Source: an uncultured Verrucomicrobiae bacterium (GTDB taxonomy: Bacteria > Verrucomicrobiota > Verrucomicrobiia > Limisphaerales > JAFGQR01). From it: a stretch of DNA of 64,000 bases. Position 1 is the stretch's first letter; every line of letters starts with the position of its first letter. The stretch is taken from positions 64,001-128,000 of the forward strand of contig CAWBHS010000039.1 of the NCBI GenBank assembly GCA_963788655.1, written 5' to 3'. The notes under the pieces are model-generated. The model saw only the letters and a list, made by a program, of their open reading frames with translations, did no database searches and was not told the DNA's origin. The translations under genes and the position numbers were made by a program. Below, piece by piece: positions 1 through 9,187 of this stretch.

Positions 1-1
1 A

Positions 2-850
2 GAACTGGCGGGCGATCATCCCACTTGGTGTCCCGGCTGCGGTGATTTCTCCGTTTTGGCCCTCTATTTCAAGCTCCTTGAAAAACGCCGCGTCGCCCAT
101 GAGAATGTCGTAAGCATTGCCGGCATCGGTTGTTCCAGCCGGTTTCCGTACTTTGTCAACGCCTACGGGGTTCACTTCATTCACGGCCGGGCCTTACCAT
201 TTGCCAGCGGCATTTCGCTGAGCCGACCAGATTTGCACGTGTTCGCCTTTGGCGGCGATGGTGATGCTTTTTCCATCGGCGGCAACCACTTCACCCACAC
301 CGCGCGCAAGAACGTCAAAATGACGTACGTGGTGATGGACAACTGGGTGTATGGCCTGACGAAGAAACAGACCTCTCCGACCTCGCCGTTGGGCTTTAAA
401 AGCAAGACCGACGCGTGGGGCGCGATTGACCGGCCGATCAATCCCATGAAACAGGCCATCAGCGCCGGGGCCACCTTCGTGGCGCGCACCACCCACTCGA
501 ATCCCAATCACGTCCTCCAAATGATGGACGCCGCCATGAACCACGACGGCTTCAGTTTTATCGAATGCCTCAGCGAGTGCGTGGAATTTTATGAAGGCGC
601 ATTTGACGCCTCGAATCCCCGCAAGGGTGGCGTGTTCAATCTGGTTCCTCCCGATCACGATGTGACCGACGAAATCGCCGCCTACCGGCTCGCCGACACG
701 GCCTTCCCGGGCTACTTCGGCATCTTCTTCCAGCAGAACCGCCCCACCAAAAACCAGCTTGAAGGGCAAATTTCCGAGAAAGCCAAAACAACGGTGAACG
801 GCCTCAAGGATTGGGAAATCTTGAAGCAGACGTTCGACAAAATGAAGTAG
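2..850 (+). CDS. korB: 2-oxoacid:ferredoxin oxidoreductase beta subunit (5' end outside window)
   Basis: Frame open from position 2: PTWCPGCGDF, GIGCSSR, HGRALP, TPP motif GGDGD...N, YGLTKKQTSPT. Confidence 0.9.
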   Translation, partial: ELAGDHPTWCPGCGDFSVLALYFKLLEKRRVAHENVVSIAGIGCSSRFPYFVNAYGVHFIHGRALPFASGISLSRPDLHVFAFGGDGDAFSIGGNHFTHTARKNVKMTYVVMDNWVYGLTKKQTSPTSPLGFKSKTDAWGAIDRPINPMKQAISAGATFVARTTHSNPNHVLQMMDAAMNHDGFSFIECLSECVEFYEGAFDASNPRKGGVFNLVPPDHDVTDEIAAYRLADTAFPGYFGIFFQQNRPTKNQLEGQISEKAKTTVNGLKDWEILKQTFDKMK

Positions 851-984
851 CCGCCGGCCAGACGCTGAGCGAAGGTAACTCGTTCGAAAAGACTTCGCAG
901 ATGGGTCTTGGGTGTCTTTTGGGTTCACCGGTTCCGCGCAAAAGATAAGCTGCTTTGGCGGGCTGGCACCCGCATAATGCGCCG

Positions 985-1584
985 ATGCGAATTATTGGTG
1001 GAACCGCCGGCGGCACGATTTTGAGAGCGCCCAAGGGGCTGCACGTTCGCCCGACGCCGGACTTGGTGCGCCAGGCCGTGTTCAACAGTCTGGGCGTGCG
1101 GGTGGCCGGGGCGCGCGTGTTGGAATTGTTCGGCGGAACGGGCGCGCTGAGTCTGGAATGCCTGAGCCGCGGGGCGACCGAAGCCCTGTGCATCGAACGC
1201 TCCGCCAAGCACGCGCGATACATCGAACAGAACTTCGCGCAGACCGGTCTGCCGAACGGAGTCTTCCATTTGCGGGTGCAAGATGTGTTCACGGCGTTGC
1301 CGCAATTGGCTGGCGCCGGCGAATGCTTTGACCTGATCCTGGCCGATCCACCCTTTGGCGAAAAGAACATCGGGCGACGTTCGGAATCACTTTCCCAGAA
1401 ACTGCTCGATGACTCGCATCTGCCCGCCCTGCTGGTGCCCGACGGGCTATTCATTCTGGGTCATGCCAAGCGCGACGTGCTGACCATTCCCCCCCAATGG
1501 CATGAACTAAAAACCCTCAAGCACGGTGACTCGCTGATGTGTCTTCTGGTAAAGCCGGTGGCGGAACTGCGTCCAAAACTTTAG
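985..1584 (+). CDS. rsmD: 16S rRNA m2G966 methyltransferase RsmD family
   Basis: MRIIGG start, RPT, VLELFGGTGALSLE, DPPF motif. Confidence 0.88.
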   Translation: MRIIGGTAGGTILRAPKGLHVRPTPDLVRQAVFNSLGVRVAGARVLELFGGTGALSLECLSRGATEALCIERSAKHARYIEQNFAQTGLPNGVFHLRVQDVFTALPQLAGAGECFDLILADPPFGEKNIGRRSESLSQKLLDDSHLPALLVPDGLFILGHAKRDVLTIPPQWHELKTLKHGDSLMCLLVKPVAELRPKL

Positions 1585-1694
1585 CCGGAGGTCGTTAGCA
1601 GACGGGTGGCGCTCAGCCGCGAATTATAGCGCGCTCTGTCGGCGGGAGCCCCATTACCAAAACCGTGTTGACAGGTGTGGGAACGTCGCTTATC

Positions 1695-1720
1695 TATATT
1701 TCGTTATTTCGCGAAATATA
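1695..1720 (+). promoter_or_regulatory. Putative ArsR operator (9-8-9 inverted repeat TATATTTCG-N8-CGAAATATA), TTGACA at 1668-1673
   Basis: Perfect inverted repeat ending 5 bp before the arsR ATG. Confidence 0.7.
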
Positions 1721-1725
1721 ATTAA

Positions 1726-2091
1726 ATGCACGAGTTCATGAACATTACAAAAGCGTTGGCGGATGAAACCCGCGTGCGCACTTTGCTGGCATTGCGGCCC
1801 GGGGAGTTGTGCGTCTGCCAGATTACTGAATTGTTCGGACTGGCGCCGTCAACGATGTCCAAACATTTGGCGATTCTCCACCAGGCCGGATTGGTGGAGT
1901 CGCGCAAACATGGACGCTGGAATTATTTCAAGCTGCCCGACCAGAGCGCCCCGGTGGTCGTGCGCGAGGCGCTGGATTGGGTGAACAAGTCCCTCAGCAG
2001 TAATTCACACGTCATCGAAGACCGCCGACAACTCAAGCAAATCCTCAAACAAGAACCCGCCGAACTGTGCAAACGCCAATGTCAAAGATGA
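1726..2091 (+). CDS. arsR: ArsR/SmtB family As(III)-responsive repressor
   Basis: KALADETR, ELCVCQI metal box, STMSKHL HTH; heads the ars operon. Confidence 0.92.
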   Translation: MHEFMNITKALADETRVRTLLALRPGELCVCQITELFGLAPSTMSKHLAILHQAGLVESRKHGRWNYFKLPDQSAPVVVREALDWVNKSLSSNSHVIEDRRQLKQILKQEPAELCKRQCQR

Positions 2092-2516
2092 AAATTTTGT
2101 TCCTGTGCACCGGAAACTCCTGTCGTAGCCAGATGGCGGAAGGCTGGGCGCGGCACCTCAAAGGCGACCGCCTCGAGGCCTATTCCGCCGGCATCGCGAA
2201 GCACGGCCTGAATCCCCACGCCCTCCAGGTGATGGCCGAAGCCGGCGTGGACATCTCCAAGCATCACTCCAAAACACTCGATGACCTCGGCCCAATCCCG
2301 TTTGACTATGTCGTGACGGTTTGTGGCCATGCCAATGAGCATTGCCCCATTTTTCCCGGTCAGACCCAAGTCGTGCATGTGGGGTTTGACGATCCGCCAA
2401 CGCTCACCAAAGCCATGCCGGATGGGGAGGAAAAGCTGACAGTCTATCGGCGCGTGCGAGATGAAATCCGGCGGTTTGTGGAGACTTTGCCGGAATCATT
2501 GGAGCGCCAAACTTGA
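2088..2516 (+). CDS. arsC: Arsenate reductase, LMW-PTP/thioredoxin-dependent type
   Basis: CTGNSCRSQMAEG, VTVC...CP, FDDP; ATGA overlap with arsR. Confidence 0.92.
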   Translation: MKILFLCTGNSCRSQMAEGWARHLKGDRLEAYSAGIAKHGLNPHALQVMAEAGVDISKHHSKTLDDLGPIPFDYVVTVCGHANEHCPIFPGQTQVVHVGFDDPPTLTKAMPDGEEKLTVYRRVRDEIRRFVETLPESLERQT

Positions 2517-2525
2517 AAGGTAATC

Positions 2526-3407
2526 ATGGATATGAATTCAGAAATCGTGCGTGAAAAAGTTCGCGAGGGTTACGGTCAGATTGCCCGGAGCAACAGTTCG
2601 TGCTGCAACTCCGGATTAAGTTGCTGCGGTTCTGCCCCAGCAGAGGCGGAGAAACTCGCCCAACACATCGGCTATTCGTTGGAAGAATTGTCGGCATTGC
2701 CGGACGGCGCCAATATGGGCCTTTCGTGCGGCAACCCGAATGCACTGGCTGCGCTCCAGCTCGGCGAAGTGGTGTTAGACCTGGGCGCGGGGGGCGGATT
2801 CGATGTGTTTATTGCCGGCCAGAAAGTGGGCGCGAGCGGCCGAGCCATCGGAGTGGATATGACGCCGGACATGTTGGCCAAGGCGCGGAAGAACATTGCT
2901 GCCTATCGCGATCGCACGGGGCTGAACAACGTCGAATTCCGGTTGGGCGAAATTGAGCACCTGCCCGTGGCCGATGCCAGTGTGGACGTGGTCATTTCGA
3001 ATTGCGTGATCAATCTCTCGCCCGACAAACCCCAGATCTGGCGTGAAATCGCTCGCGTGCTCAAGCCGGGCGGGCGGGTTGCCGTGTCTGACCTGGCTCT
3101 GCTCCGGCCGCTGCCGCCCGAGATCGTGGAGATGGTCGAAGCGTTGGTCGGCTGTGTGGCGGGAGCGGCGCTGGTATCCGATACCGAGCGCATGGTTCGG
3201 GAAGCGGGCCTGGATGAAATCGTTCCTACAGCCAAGTCAGGCTACGTGGATCAAATGGTGGATAGCCAGGATCCGCTGTACCAGAAGATCATTGCCCACT
3301 TGCCGGCAGGAACCAAACCGGGGGACTACATCACCAGCCTGGAAGTGACTGCCCGAAAACCTCAATCGTCGAATTCGCATGAACCAAACCGCTGCTGTTG
3401 CTCTTGA
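2526..3407 (+). CDS. arsM: Arsenite S-adenosylmethionine methyltransferase
   Basis: GLSCGNP, LDLGAGGG, ISNCVINL, GCVAGA; Cys-rich termini. Confidence 0.93.
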   Translation: MDMNSEIVREKVREGYGQIARSNSSCCNSGLSCCGSAPAEAEKLAQHIGYSLEELSALPDGANMGLSCGNPNALAALQLGEVVLDLGAGGGFDVFIAGQKVGASGRAIGVDMTPDMLAKARKNIAAYRDRTGLNNVEFRLGEIEHLPVADASVDVVISNCVINLSPDKPQIWREIARVLKPGGRVAVSDLALLRPLPPEIVEMVEALVGCVAGAALVSDTERMVREAGLDEIVPTAKSGYVDQMVDSQDPLYQKIIAHLPAGTKPGDYITSLEVTARKPQSSNSHEPNRCCCS

Positions 3408-4501
3408 TTCTTCCCTCGCGCCGCCAAAGCGTCTCGACTTCTTCGAGCGTTACCTGACCGCTGTGGGTTTTGCTCTGCATGGTGGTCGGCGTGGCGTTCG
3501 GAAAGCTGTTGCCCGGACGTCACCGCGGCGTTGAGCAAACTGGAATTCGGCCAGGGCTCGCAGGTCAACGTGCCCATCGCGCGTGCTGATCTGGCTGATG
3601 ATTTACCCGATGATGCTCAAGGTGGATTTCAGCGCCATCGGCGGCATCGCGCGGAAGCCCAAGGGATTGATGGTGACGCTGTTCGTCAACTGGCTGGTCA
3701 AGCCGTTCAGCATGGCGTTGCTGGCCTGGGTGTTCATGCAGCATGTGTTTGCCGCGTGGATCGACCCGGAGACGGCCAGGAATTACACCGCCGGCCTGAT
3801 CATCCTCGCCGCCGCGCCCTGCACCGCGATGGTGTTTGTCTGGTCCTATCTGACCGATGGCGATCCGGTTTATACGCTGGTGCAGGTGGCGGTGAACGAC
3901 CTCATCATGCTGGTCGCCTTCGCGCCCATCGTGATGTTCCTGTGCGGCGTGGCCAACGTGGTGGTGCCGTCCAAGGTGCTGATCACTTCCGTGGTGGTGT
4001 TCATCGTCATTCCGCTGGCGGCGGGTTGGCTGACACGCACGCTGCTCTTGAAGTCGCACGGCAAGGAATGGTTCGAGCAGAACTTCCTGCCGAAGTTCCA
4101 TCCGGTGACGATCTTGGCGCTGCTGCTGACGCTGGTGCTGATCTTCGCGTTTCAGGCGGAGAACCTGACCACGCGCTGGCTGGCGGTGCTGTTGCTGGCG
4201 GTGCCGATCATCATCCAGGTCTATTTCAACTCCGTCGCTCGCCTACCTGCTGATGCGCTGGTTCAAAGTGCCGCACAACGTCGCGTCGCCCGGCGCGCTC
4301 ATCGGCGCGAGCAATTTCTTTGAACTGGCCGTGGCCGTGGCCATCACGTTGTTCGGTCCGGGATCGGGCGCCGCGCTGGCGACGGTGGTTGGCGTGCTGG
4401 TGGAAGTGCCGGTGATGCTCTCGGTCTGCCGAATCTGTAATCGATCGCGCACTTGGTACCAGGGCAGTCTTGGCGACGGAAGCATGACCAATGATCAATG
4501 A
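3379..4501 (+). CDS. acr3: ACR3 family arsenite efflux transporter (about four single-base frameshifts)
   Basis: MNQT...[10 protein letters not shown] / LWVLLCM / IWLMIYPMM / [10 protein letters not shown] / [14 protein letters not shown] / [10 protein letters not shown] split across frames near 3460, 3515, 3581, 4233. Confidence 0.85.
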
Positions 4502-4546
4502 CCAAGCCCATCCTACTGTCTCATCGGTAAGTGTTGGCGCGACAGC

Positions 4547-4629
4547 GTTTTGGAGTGCGGCAGTCCCCTGCCGCTTTCGATGGGTAGCCGGGCGTTCGAC
4601 AGCGGCAGAGGACTGCCGCACTCCAAAAC
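4547..4629. repeat. REP-like palindrome, TTGGAGTGCGGC family
   Basis: GTTTTGGAGTGCGGCAGTCC...GGACTGCCGCACTCCAAAAC inverted arms; related copies elsewhere in window. Confidence 0.85.
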
Positions 4630-4832
4630 CTGATACGGTTGCTTGGGTAGTCCCTTCCGCAAACGAGCCGAAGCTGATGTTCCGACGAGCCTTCCCCACG
4701 TTCCCCGATTCCGAATACCAAACTTCAGGGGAAGGCGGTTCGCTGTCCTGCCAAAGCGCGCTTGAGAAAACTTGCGACCAGGCGGCCATGGTGGTGATTT
4801 CATTTGGCCTTCGCGTCCTTCAATGGAAAGAC

Positions 4833-4859
4833 TTGACAAAATTAGCCATTTAGCGAAAT
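4833..4859 (+). promoter_or_regulatory. TTGACA followed by ArsR-like operator AATTAGCCATTTAGCGAAAT
   Basis: Resembles the box at 1698-1717; directly upstream of second arsR. Confidence 0.6.
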
Positions 4860-4869
4860 GTATTTGCCA

Positions 4870-5178
4870 ATGGCTATTAAACCATCGATTACTCCGTCAC
4901 AATTCAAGGCGCAGGCGCAAGTGTTCAAGGCCCTCGCGCACCCGGGGCGTTTGCTCATGGTGGACGAGTTGTCGCGCGGGGAACGGTGCGTGTGCGAACT
5001 CGCCAAACTGGTCGGCTCGGAGATGCCGACCGTGTCGCGGCATTTGGCCCAACTCAAACACGCCGGAATCGTCGAGGACGAGAAACGCGGGGCCCAGGTT
5101 TTTTACCGGCTGGTCACGCCGTGCGTTATGAATTTCTTTCAGTGTGTCTCGTCGGTGCGGGACAAGTCATCCCAGTAA
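4870..5178 (+). CDS. Second ArsR/SmtB family repressor (alternative start 4858)
   Basis: FKALAHPGRL, ERCVCEL, VSRHL, C-terminal C...C. Confidence 0.88.
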   Translation: MAIKPSITPSQFKAQAQVFKALAHPGRLLMVDELSRGERCVCELAKLVGSEMPTVSRHLAQLKHAGIVEDEKRGAQVFYRLVTPCVMNFFQCVSSVRDKSSQ

Positions 5179-5205
5179 GCGAACGCGGATGCCGGTGCTA
5201 TTTTT

Positions 5206-5235
5206 TTGACTTTGAAATTATCTAATTGGCTAAAT
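5206..5235 (+). promoter_or_regulatory. TTGACT followed by ArsR-like operator AATTATCTAATTGGCTAAAT
   Basis: Third variant of the 20-bp box, upstream of the permease. Confidence 0.55.
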
Positions 5236-5262
5236 GTCGAATAAGCTTAGTGTCGAGTTGCG

Positions 5263-6600
5263 ATGAATGAGGCGTGTGAAATAAATGGCTCGAACCCGAA
5301 TTGGAGCCGCGAATTGAAAGTGCTGGCCGGCTTCGTCGTGGTGTTCCTGGGCCTTTCATTCCTGCCCGTTGGCGTGCCCCGCTTCGACCATGCGCTCACC
5401 GAGGGGTTGGCGTTGACCAAATGGTACGCGCAAGAGCATGTGCTGCTGTGTCTGGTTCCGGCGTTGTTCATTGCCGGCGGGATCAGCGCGTTTGTCAACC
5501 AGGCGTCGGTCATGCGGTACTTGGGACCCAAGGCCAACAAGGCGCTGGCTTATGGCGTGGCCTCGGTGTCGGGAACCATCCTGGCGGTGTGCTCTTGCAC
5601 GGTACTGCCATTGTTCGGAGGGATCTGGATGCGCGGAGCGGGACTGGGTCCGGCCACGGCGTTTCTCTATTCGGGCCCAGCCATCAATGTGTTGGCCATT
5701 GTGCTGACCGCCCGGATTCTGGGTTTCGAATTGGGCATCGCCCGGGCGATTGGCGCGATCGTTTTCAGTGTGGTGATCGGTCTGGCCATGCACTTTGTTT
5801 TCCGGCGGGAGGAGCAAGCCAAGGCGGAGGCCGCGGTCGATTTGCCCGAGCCCGAAACGCCCCGTCCGCTTTGGCAAAATGCCTTGTTCTTTGCGGCCAT
5901 GGTCGGCGTGCTGGTGTTTGCCAACTGGAGCAAGCCCGATGAATCAACTGGCTTTTGGGCCGCAATCTACGTTTGGAAATGGCCTTTCAGCGGCGCGTTT
6001 GCCGTGGGCTTGGCAGCGGTGCTGGGTGTCTGGTTTGGATTTGCCTGGTCCGGCTTGATACTGGCCGCAGTTCCGGTGGCGGCCTTGAGTTTCATTTTTC
6101 CCCACGAGCCACAGATTGCTTTTGTGGCCGGCTGCATTGGTCTGGTGGTCTTGTGTGCGCGGCATTCGGATGCCGGCCGCGAGTGGCTGGACGCCACCTG
6201 GACGTTGGCCAAGCAAATCTTCCCGTTGCTCATCGGCGGCGTGTTTATCTCCGGGATGCTCCTCGGCCGACCCGGACACGAAGGGCTGATTCCCTCGCAG
6301 TGGGTTAGCCATTCGGTGGGAGGCAATTCGTTGTTGGCTAATGCGGCTTCTTCGGTGGTTGGCGCCTTCATGTATTTTGCCACGTTGACGGAGGTGCCCA
6401 TTCTCCAAGGCTTGCTCGGTTCCGGCATGGGGAAGGGCCCCGCGCTGGCATTGTTGTTGGCCGGGCCGGCACTTTCGTTGCCCAATATGCTGGTGCTGCG
6501 CAGCATCATGGGCACGAAGAAGGTCGTCGTTTATGTGGCGTTGGTCGTGGTGATGGCGACGGTGAGCGGGTTGGTGTTTGGGGCAGGGTGGGGGAGGTGA
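5263..6600 (+). CDS. DUF318/ArsP-like permease
   Basis: LAVCSCTVLP, FLYSGPAIN, FMYFATLTEVPI, GPALSLP; multiple TM helices. Confidence 0.85.
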   Translation: MNEACEINGSNPNWSRELKVLAGFVVVFLGLSFLPVGVPRFDHALTEGLALTKWYAQEHVLLCLVPALFIAGGISAFVNQASVMRYLGPKANKALAYGVASVSGTILAVCSCTVLPLFGGIWMRGAGLGPATAFLYSGPAINVLAIVLTARILGFELGIARAIGAIVFSVVIGLAMHFVFRREEQAKAEAAVDLPEPETPRPLWQNALFFAAMVGVLVFANWSKPDESTGFWAAIYVWKWPFSGAFAVGLAAVLGVWFGFAWSGLILAAVPVAALSFIFPHEPQIAFVAGCIGLVVLCARHSDAGREWLDATWTLAKQIFPLLIGGVFISGMLLGRPGHEGLIPSQWVSHSVGGNSLLANAASSVVGAFMYFATLTEVPILQGLLGSGMGKGPALALLLAGPALSLPNMLVLRSIMGTKKVVVYVALVVVMATVSGLVFGAGWGR

Positions 6601-6612
6601 GGGGGGATGTGA

Positions 6613-6660
6613 GATGCCGGATGCTGGATACCGGATGCCGGATGCCGGATGCCAGATGGG
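6613..6660. repeat. Degenerate 7-nt tandem repeat (GATGCCG-type)
   Basis: GATGCCG GATGCTG GATACCG GATGCCG GATGCCG GATGCCA. Confidence 0.85.
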
Positions 6661-6736
6661 GGGAATGGGAAATGGGGTGCAGTGGATGATTTTGGGTAAC
6701 GTGTGAACAACGAACGATGAACGGTGAATTGATTTT

Positions 6737-7000
6737 ATGAACAAGATATTAGTCCTCGGAACTGGCTGCGCAAAGTGCAAGACACTGGCGCAATTTACGG
6801 AACAGGCGGCGAATGAACTCGGCCTGCCATACGAACTGACCAAGGTGACCGACCTCAAGCAAATTATGGCCTTGGGCGTGATGATGACGCCGGCCTTGGC
6901 GGTCAACGGCAAGGTGAAGGTTGTGGGCAAAGTGCCAAGTGTGGCGGATCTGAAGGGCATTTTAAGCGAGTGCGCGGAGAAAGAGGCCGCTGGAAAATAG
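6737..7000 (+). CDS. Small redox-active disulfide protein (MTH895/TM0996-like thioredoxin fold)
   Basis: ILVLGTGCAKC, GVMMTPALAVNG. Confidence 0.88.
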   Translation: MNKILVLGTGCAKCKTLAQFTEQAANELGLPYELTKVTDLKQIMALGVMMTPALAVNGKVKVVGKVPSVADLKGILSECAEKEAAGK

Positions 7001-7065
7001 TCACTCTCGGAAACGAGGAGTGGAAGTAAACGCGGAGTTGAAATCGTGAAGACTGAAACTGACTT

Positions 7066-8352
7066 ATGAAAACATCAGCACGAATCGGAATCGTAGCGGC
7101 CTTGGCCGTGGCCGTCGTGGCGGCGGTGGCCCTCAAGAACAACAGTAAGATAGCCTCCGCCGAGGCGAACATGGCAAAGGAGGGGAGGCTTGAGTCAGCG
7201 ACCGGGGCGGACTCCACCACTCAGCGGCTGCCCAAACTCATCGACCTGGGCGCCGACAAGTGCATTCCCTGCAAAATGATGGCGCCCATTCTCAAGCAAC
7301 TGAAGGAAGATTACGCGGGCAAACTCGAGGTCGAATTCATCGATGTGTGGAAGAATCCGGAGGCCGGCAAGCAATACAGCATCGAACTGATTCCGACCCA
7401 GATATTCTTCAATCCTCAAGGTAAGGAATTGTTCCGCCACACGGGATTTTGGGGTCGCGAAGACCTGCTCGGGAAATGGAAGGAATTGGGCTACGACCTT
7501 GGGGGCGGCCCGCCCGCGCTGGTGCGGGAGAAAGCGATGAAGGCGGATGTTCGTCCCCGCGATCAAGTCTGTTCTTTGTGCGATGGCGACGTGAATCCGC
7601 GAACCAAAACGCTGGTTAACGGCCAGAGCGAGCAACGCACCTTGTGCTCGCCGCATTGCTATTTTATCTACTGCTCCAGCCTGATGGGAGGCGATCCGAA
7701 AAGCGAAGATGCCAAGGTTAAGGTAACCGATTGGGCTGCGGGCAAACCGCTCTCGGCGACTTCGGGCACTTATCTTTACGGCATGGACGCCAAAGGCCGG
7801 CCCACGATCAAGGCCTTTGCCAGCAAGGCGGCCGCCCTCGACGAAATGCAGCACAACCCCGGTAATGTGCTGGCTTGGGACACGCTCCGATCCAAGGAAC
7901 TGGCGACACGTTGCGGATTCTGCGACCGGGCTGTTTATCCGGAAGACGCCAGCAAAGTCGCCGTGGACGGCACCACGCACACCTATGGCTGTTGCACCCA
8001 TTGCGCCTTGGGCGTGGCAGCCCGTCTCCAAAAGGACATCGAAGTCGAAGCACGCGACGGTTTTTCCGGCGAAACGATCCGGGTGAAAACGTTGAACGGC
8101 AGCGTCGCGTCGCTGGAACCACCCACGGCGGTGGCGTGGTTCGGACAAAAACAGAATGCCGACGGCAAATGGGTTTCGGCCGGCTGTTTCAAACAGGGAT
8201 TCTTCGTCAACCAGGACCACTTGAAGCAATGGCTGGACGCCCGTCCCGCGATGACGGGACGCCAGATTACGATTGCCCAGGCGCTGGCGGACAAAATGAA
8301 GTTGACCCCGGAACAGATTGCCAAGGCGTGCAAGCTGGGGGAGTGCAAGTAA
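7066..8352 (+). CDS. Exported multidomain protein: thioredoxin (CIPC) + NosL/TRASH-like + MerB-like domains
   Basis: N-terminal signal/anchor; DLGADKCIPC...IPTQIFF; CSLC...CSPHC...AFASKAAA; CGFC...GCCTHC...IEVEARDGFSGETIRV...GCFKQGFF...WL. Confidence 0.75.
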   Translation: MKTSARIGIVAALAVAVVAAVALKNNSKIASAEANMAKEGRLESATGADSTTQRLPKLIDLGADKCIPCKMMAPILKQLKEDYAGKLEVEFIDVWKNPEAGKQYSIELIPTQIFFNPQGKELFRHTGFWGREDLLGKWKELGYDLGGGPPALVREKAMKADVRPRDQVCSLCDGDVNPRTKTLVNGQSEQRTLCSPHCYFIYCSSLMGGDPKSEDAKVKVTDWAAGKPLSATSGTYLYGMDAKGRPTIKAFASKAAALDEMQHNPGNVLAWDTLRSKELATRCGFCDRAVYPEDASKVAVDGTTHTYGCCTHCALGVAARLQKDIEVEARDGFSGETIRVKTLNGSVASLEPPTAVAWFGQKQNADGKWVSAGCFKQGFFVNQDHLKQWLDARPAMTGRQITIAQALADKMKLTPEQIAKACKLGECK

Positions 8353-8382
8353 CCAACTACAACCAGTCGAACTAAGGCGCGT

Positions 8383-9162
8383 ATGAACATCAACAGCATT
8401 GGATTCATCGGGGGCGGACGGGTAACTCGCATCTTGCTCCGCGGTTTCAAAACGGCGGGAGTCAATCTGCCCAGGGTGGTCGTCAGCGACACCAATCCGG
8501 AAGCGCTGGACGCGGTGCGGGCCATTGCCCCAAACGTCCAATCAGCCGGAGCGGACAACGCGCAGGCCGCGGCGCAGGATCTGGTTTTCTTAGCGTTGCA
8601 CCCGCCGGCCATTGGCGGTGTGGCGCCGACCATTAAGCCGGCCCTCCGTCCTGAGGCGGTGCTGGTGTCGTTGGCGCCCAAATTCACCATGGCAAAGTTG
8701 AGTGAATTGCTGGGCGGCTTTTCCCGGCTGGCGCGGATGATTCCCAACGCGCCGTCGATCATCGGTGCAGGATACAATCCCCTGGCGTGCGGCGCCGGGC
8801 TGAATGCGACCGACAAACAAGCGCTGACCAGCTTTCTGGCGCCGCTGGGCGAATGCCCCGAGGTGGCCGAATCGAAACTGGAAGGCTACGCATTGCTGAC
8901 CGCTATGGGGCCGACGTACCTGTGGTTCCAATTGCAGACCTTGCGCAAACTGGCGCTGGAATTTGGTTTGGATGACGCGGAGGTCACGCCGGCGCTCAAG
9001 CGCACGGTCTGTGGTTCCGCGCGAACGCTGCTCGACTCGGGATTGTCGCCGGCTGACGTGATGGACTTGATTCCGGTAAAACCGTTGGCCGAGGATGAAC
9101 CAGGCATCACCCAAGCCTACCGACTCCGGCTCACCGCATTGTTCCAGAAGCTTAAGGCGTGA
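8383..9162 (+). CDS. Pyrroline-5-carboxylate reductase-like NAD(P)-binding oxidoreductase
   Basis: IGFIGGG Rossmann motif, RMIPNAP, TAMGPTY. Confidence 0.8.
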   Translation: MNINSIGFIGGGRVTRILLRGFKTAGVNLPRVVVSDTNPEALDAVRAIAPNVQSAGADNAQAAAQDLVFLALHPPAIGGVAPTIKPALRPEAVLVSLAPKFTMAKLSELLGGFSRLARMIPNAPSIIGAGYNPLACGAGLNATDKQALTSFLAPLGECPEVAESKLEGYALLTAMGPTYLWFQLQTLRKLALEFGLDDAEVTPALKRTVCGSARTLLDSGLSPADVMDLIPVKPLAEDEPGITQAYRLRLTALFQKLKA

Positions 9163-9187
9163 CGCGTGAAGAGCGTAACGTGATTGC

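Noticed and set aside
4491..4853. Small ORFs over REP elements (also 9900-10220, 13014-13478, 47772-48092, 59453-59905)
   Set aside because: Translations derive from palindromic repeats and have no independent coding evidence
7066..8352. Calling the fusion merB or the locus a mer operon
   Set aside because: No merA, merR, merT or merP in the window, the catalytic Asp is not conserved, and the similarity was judged only by eye
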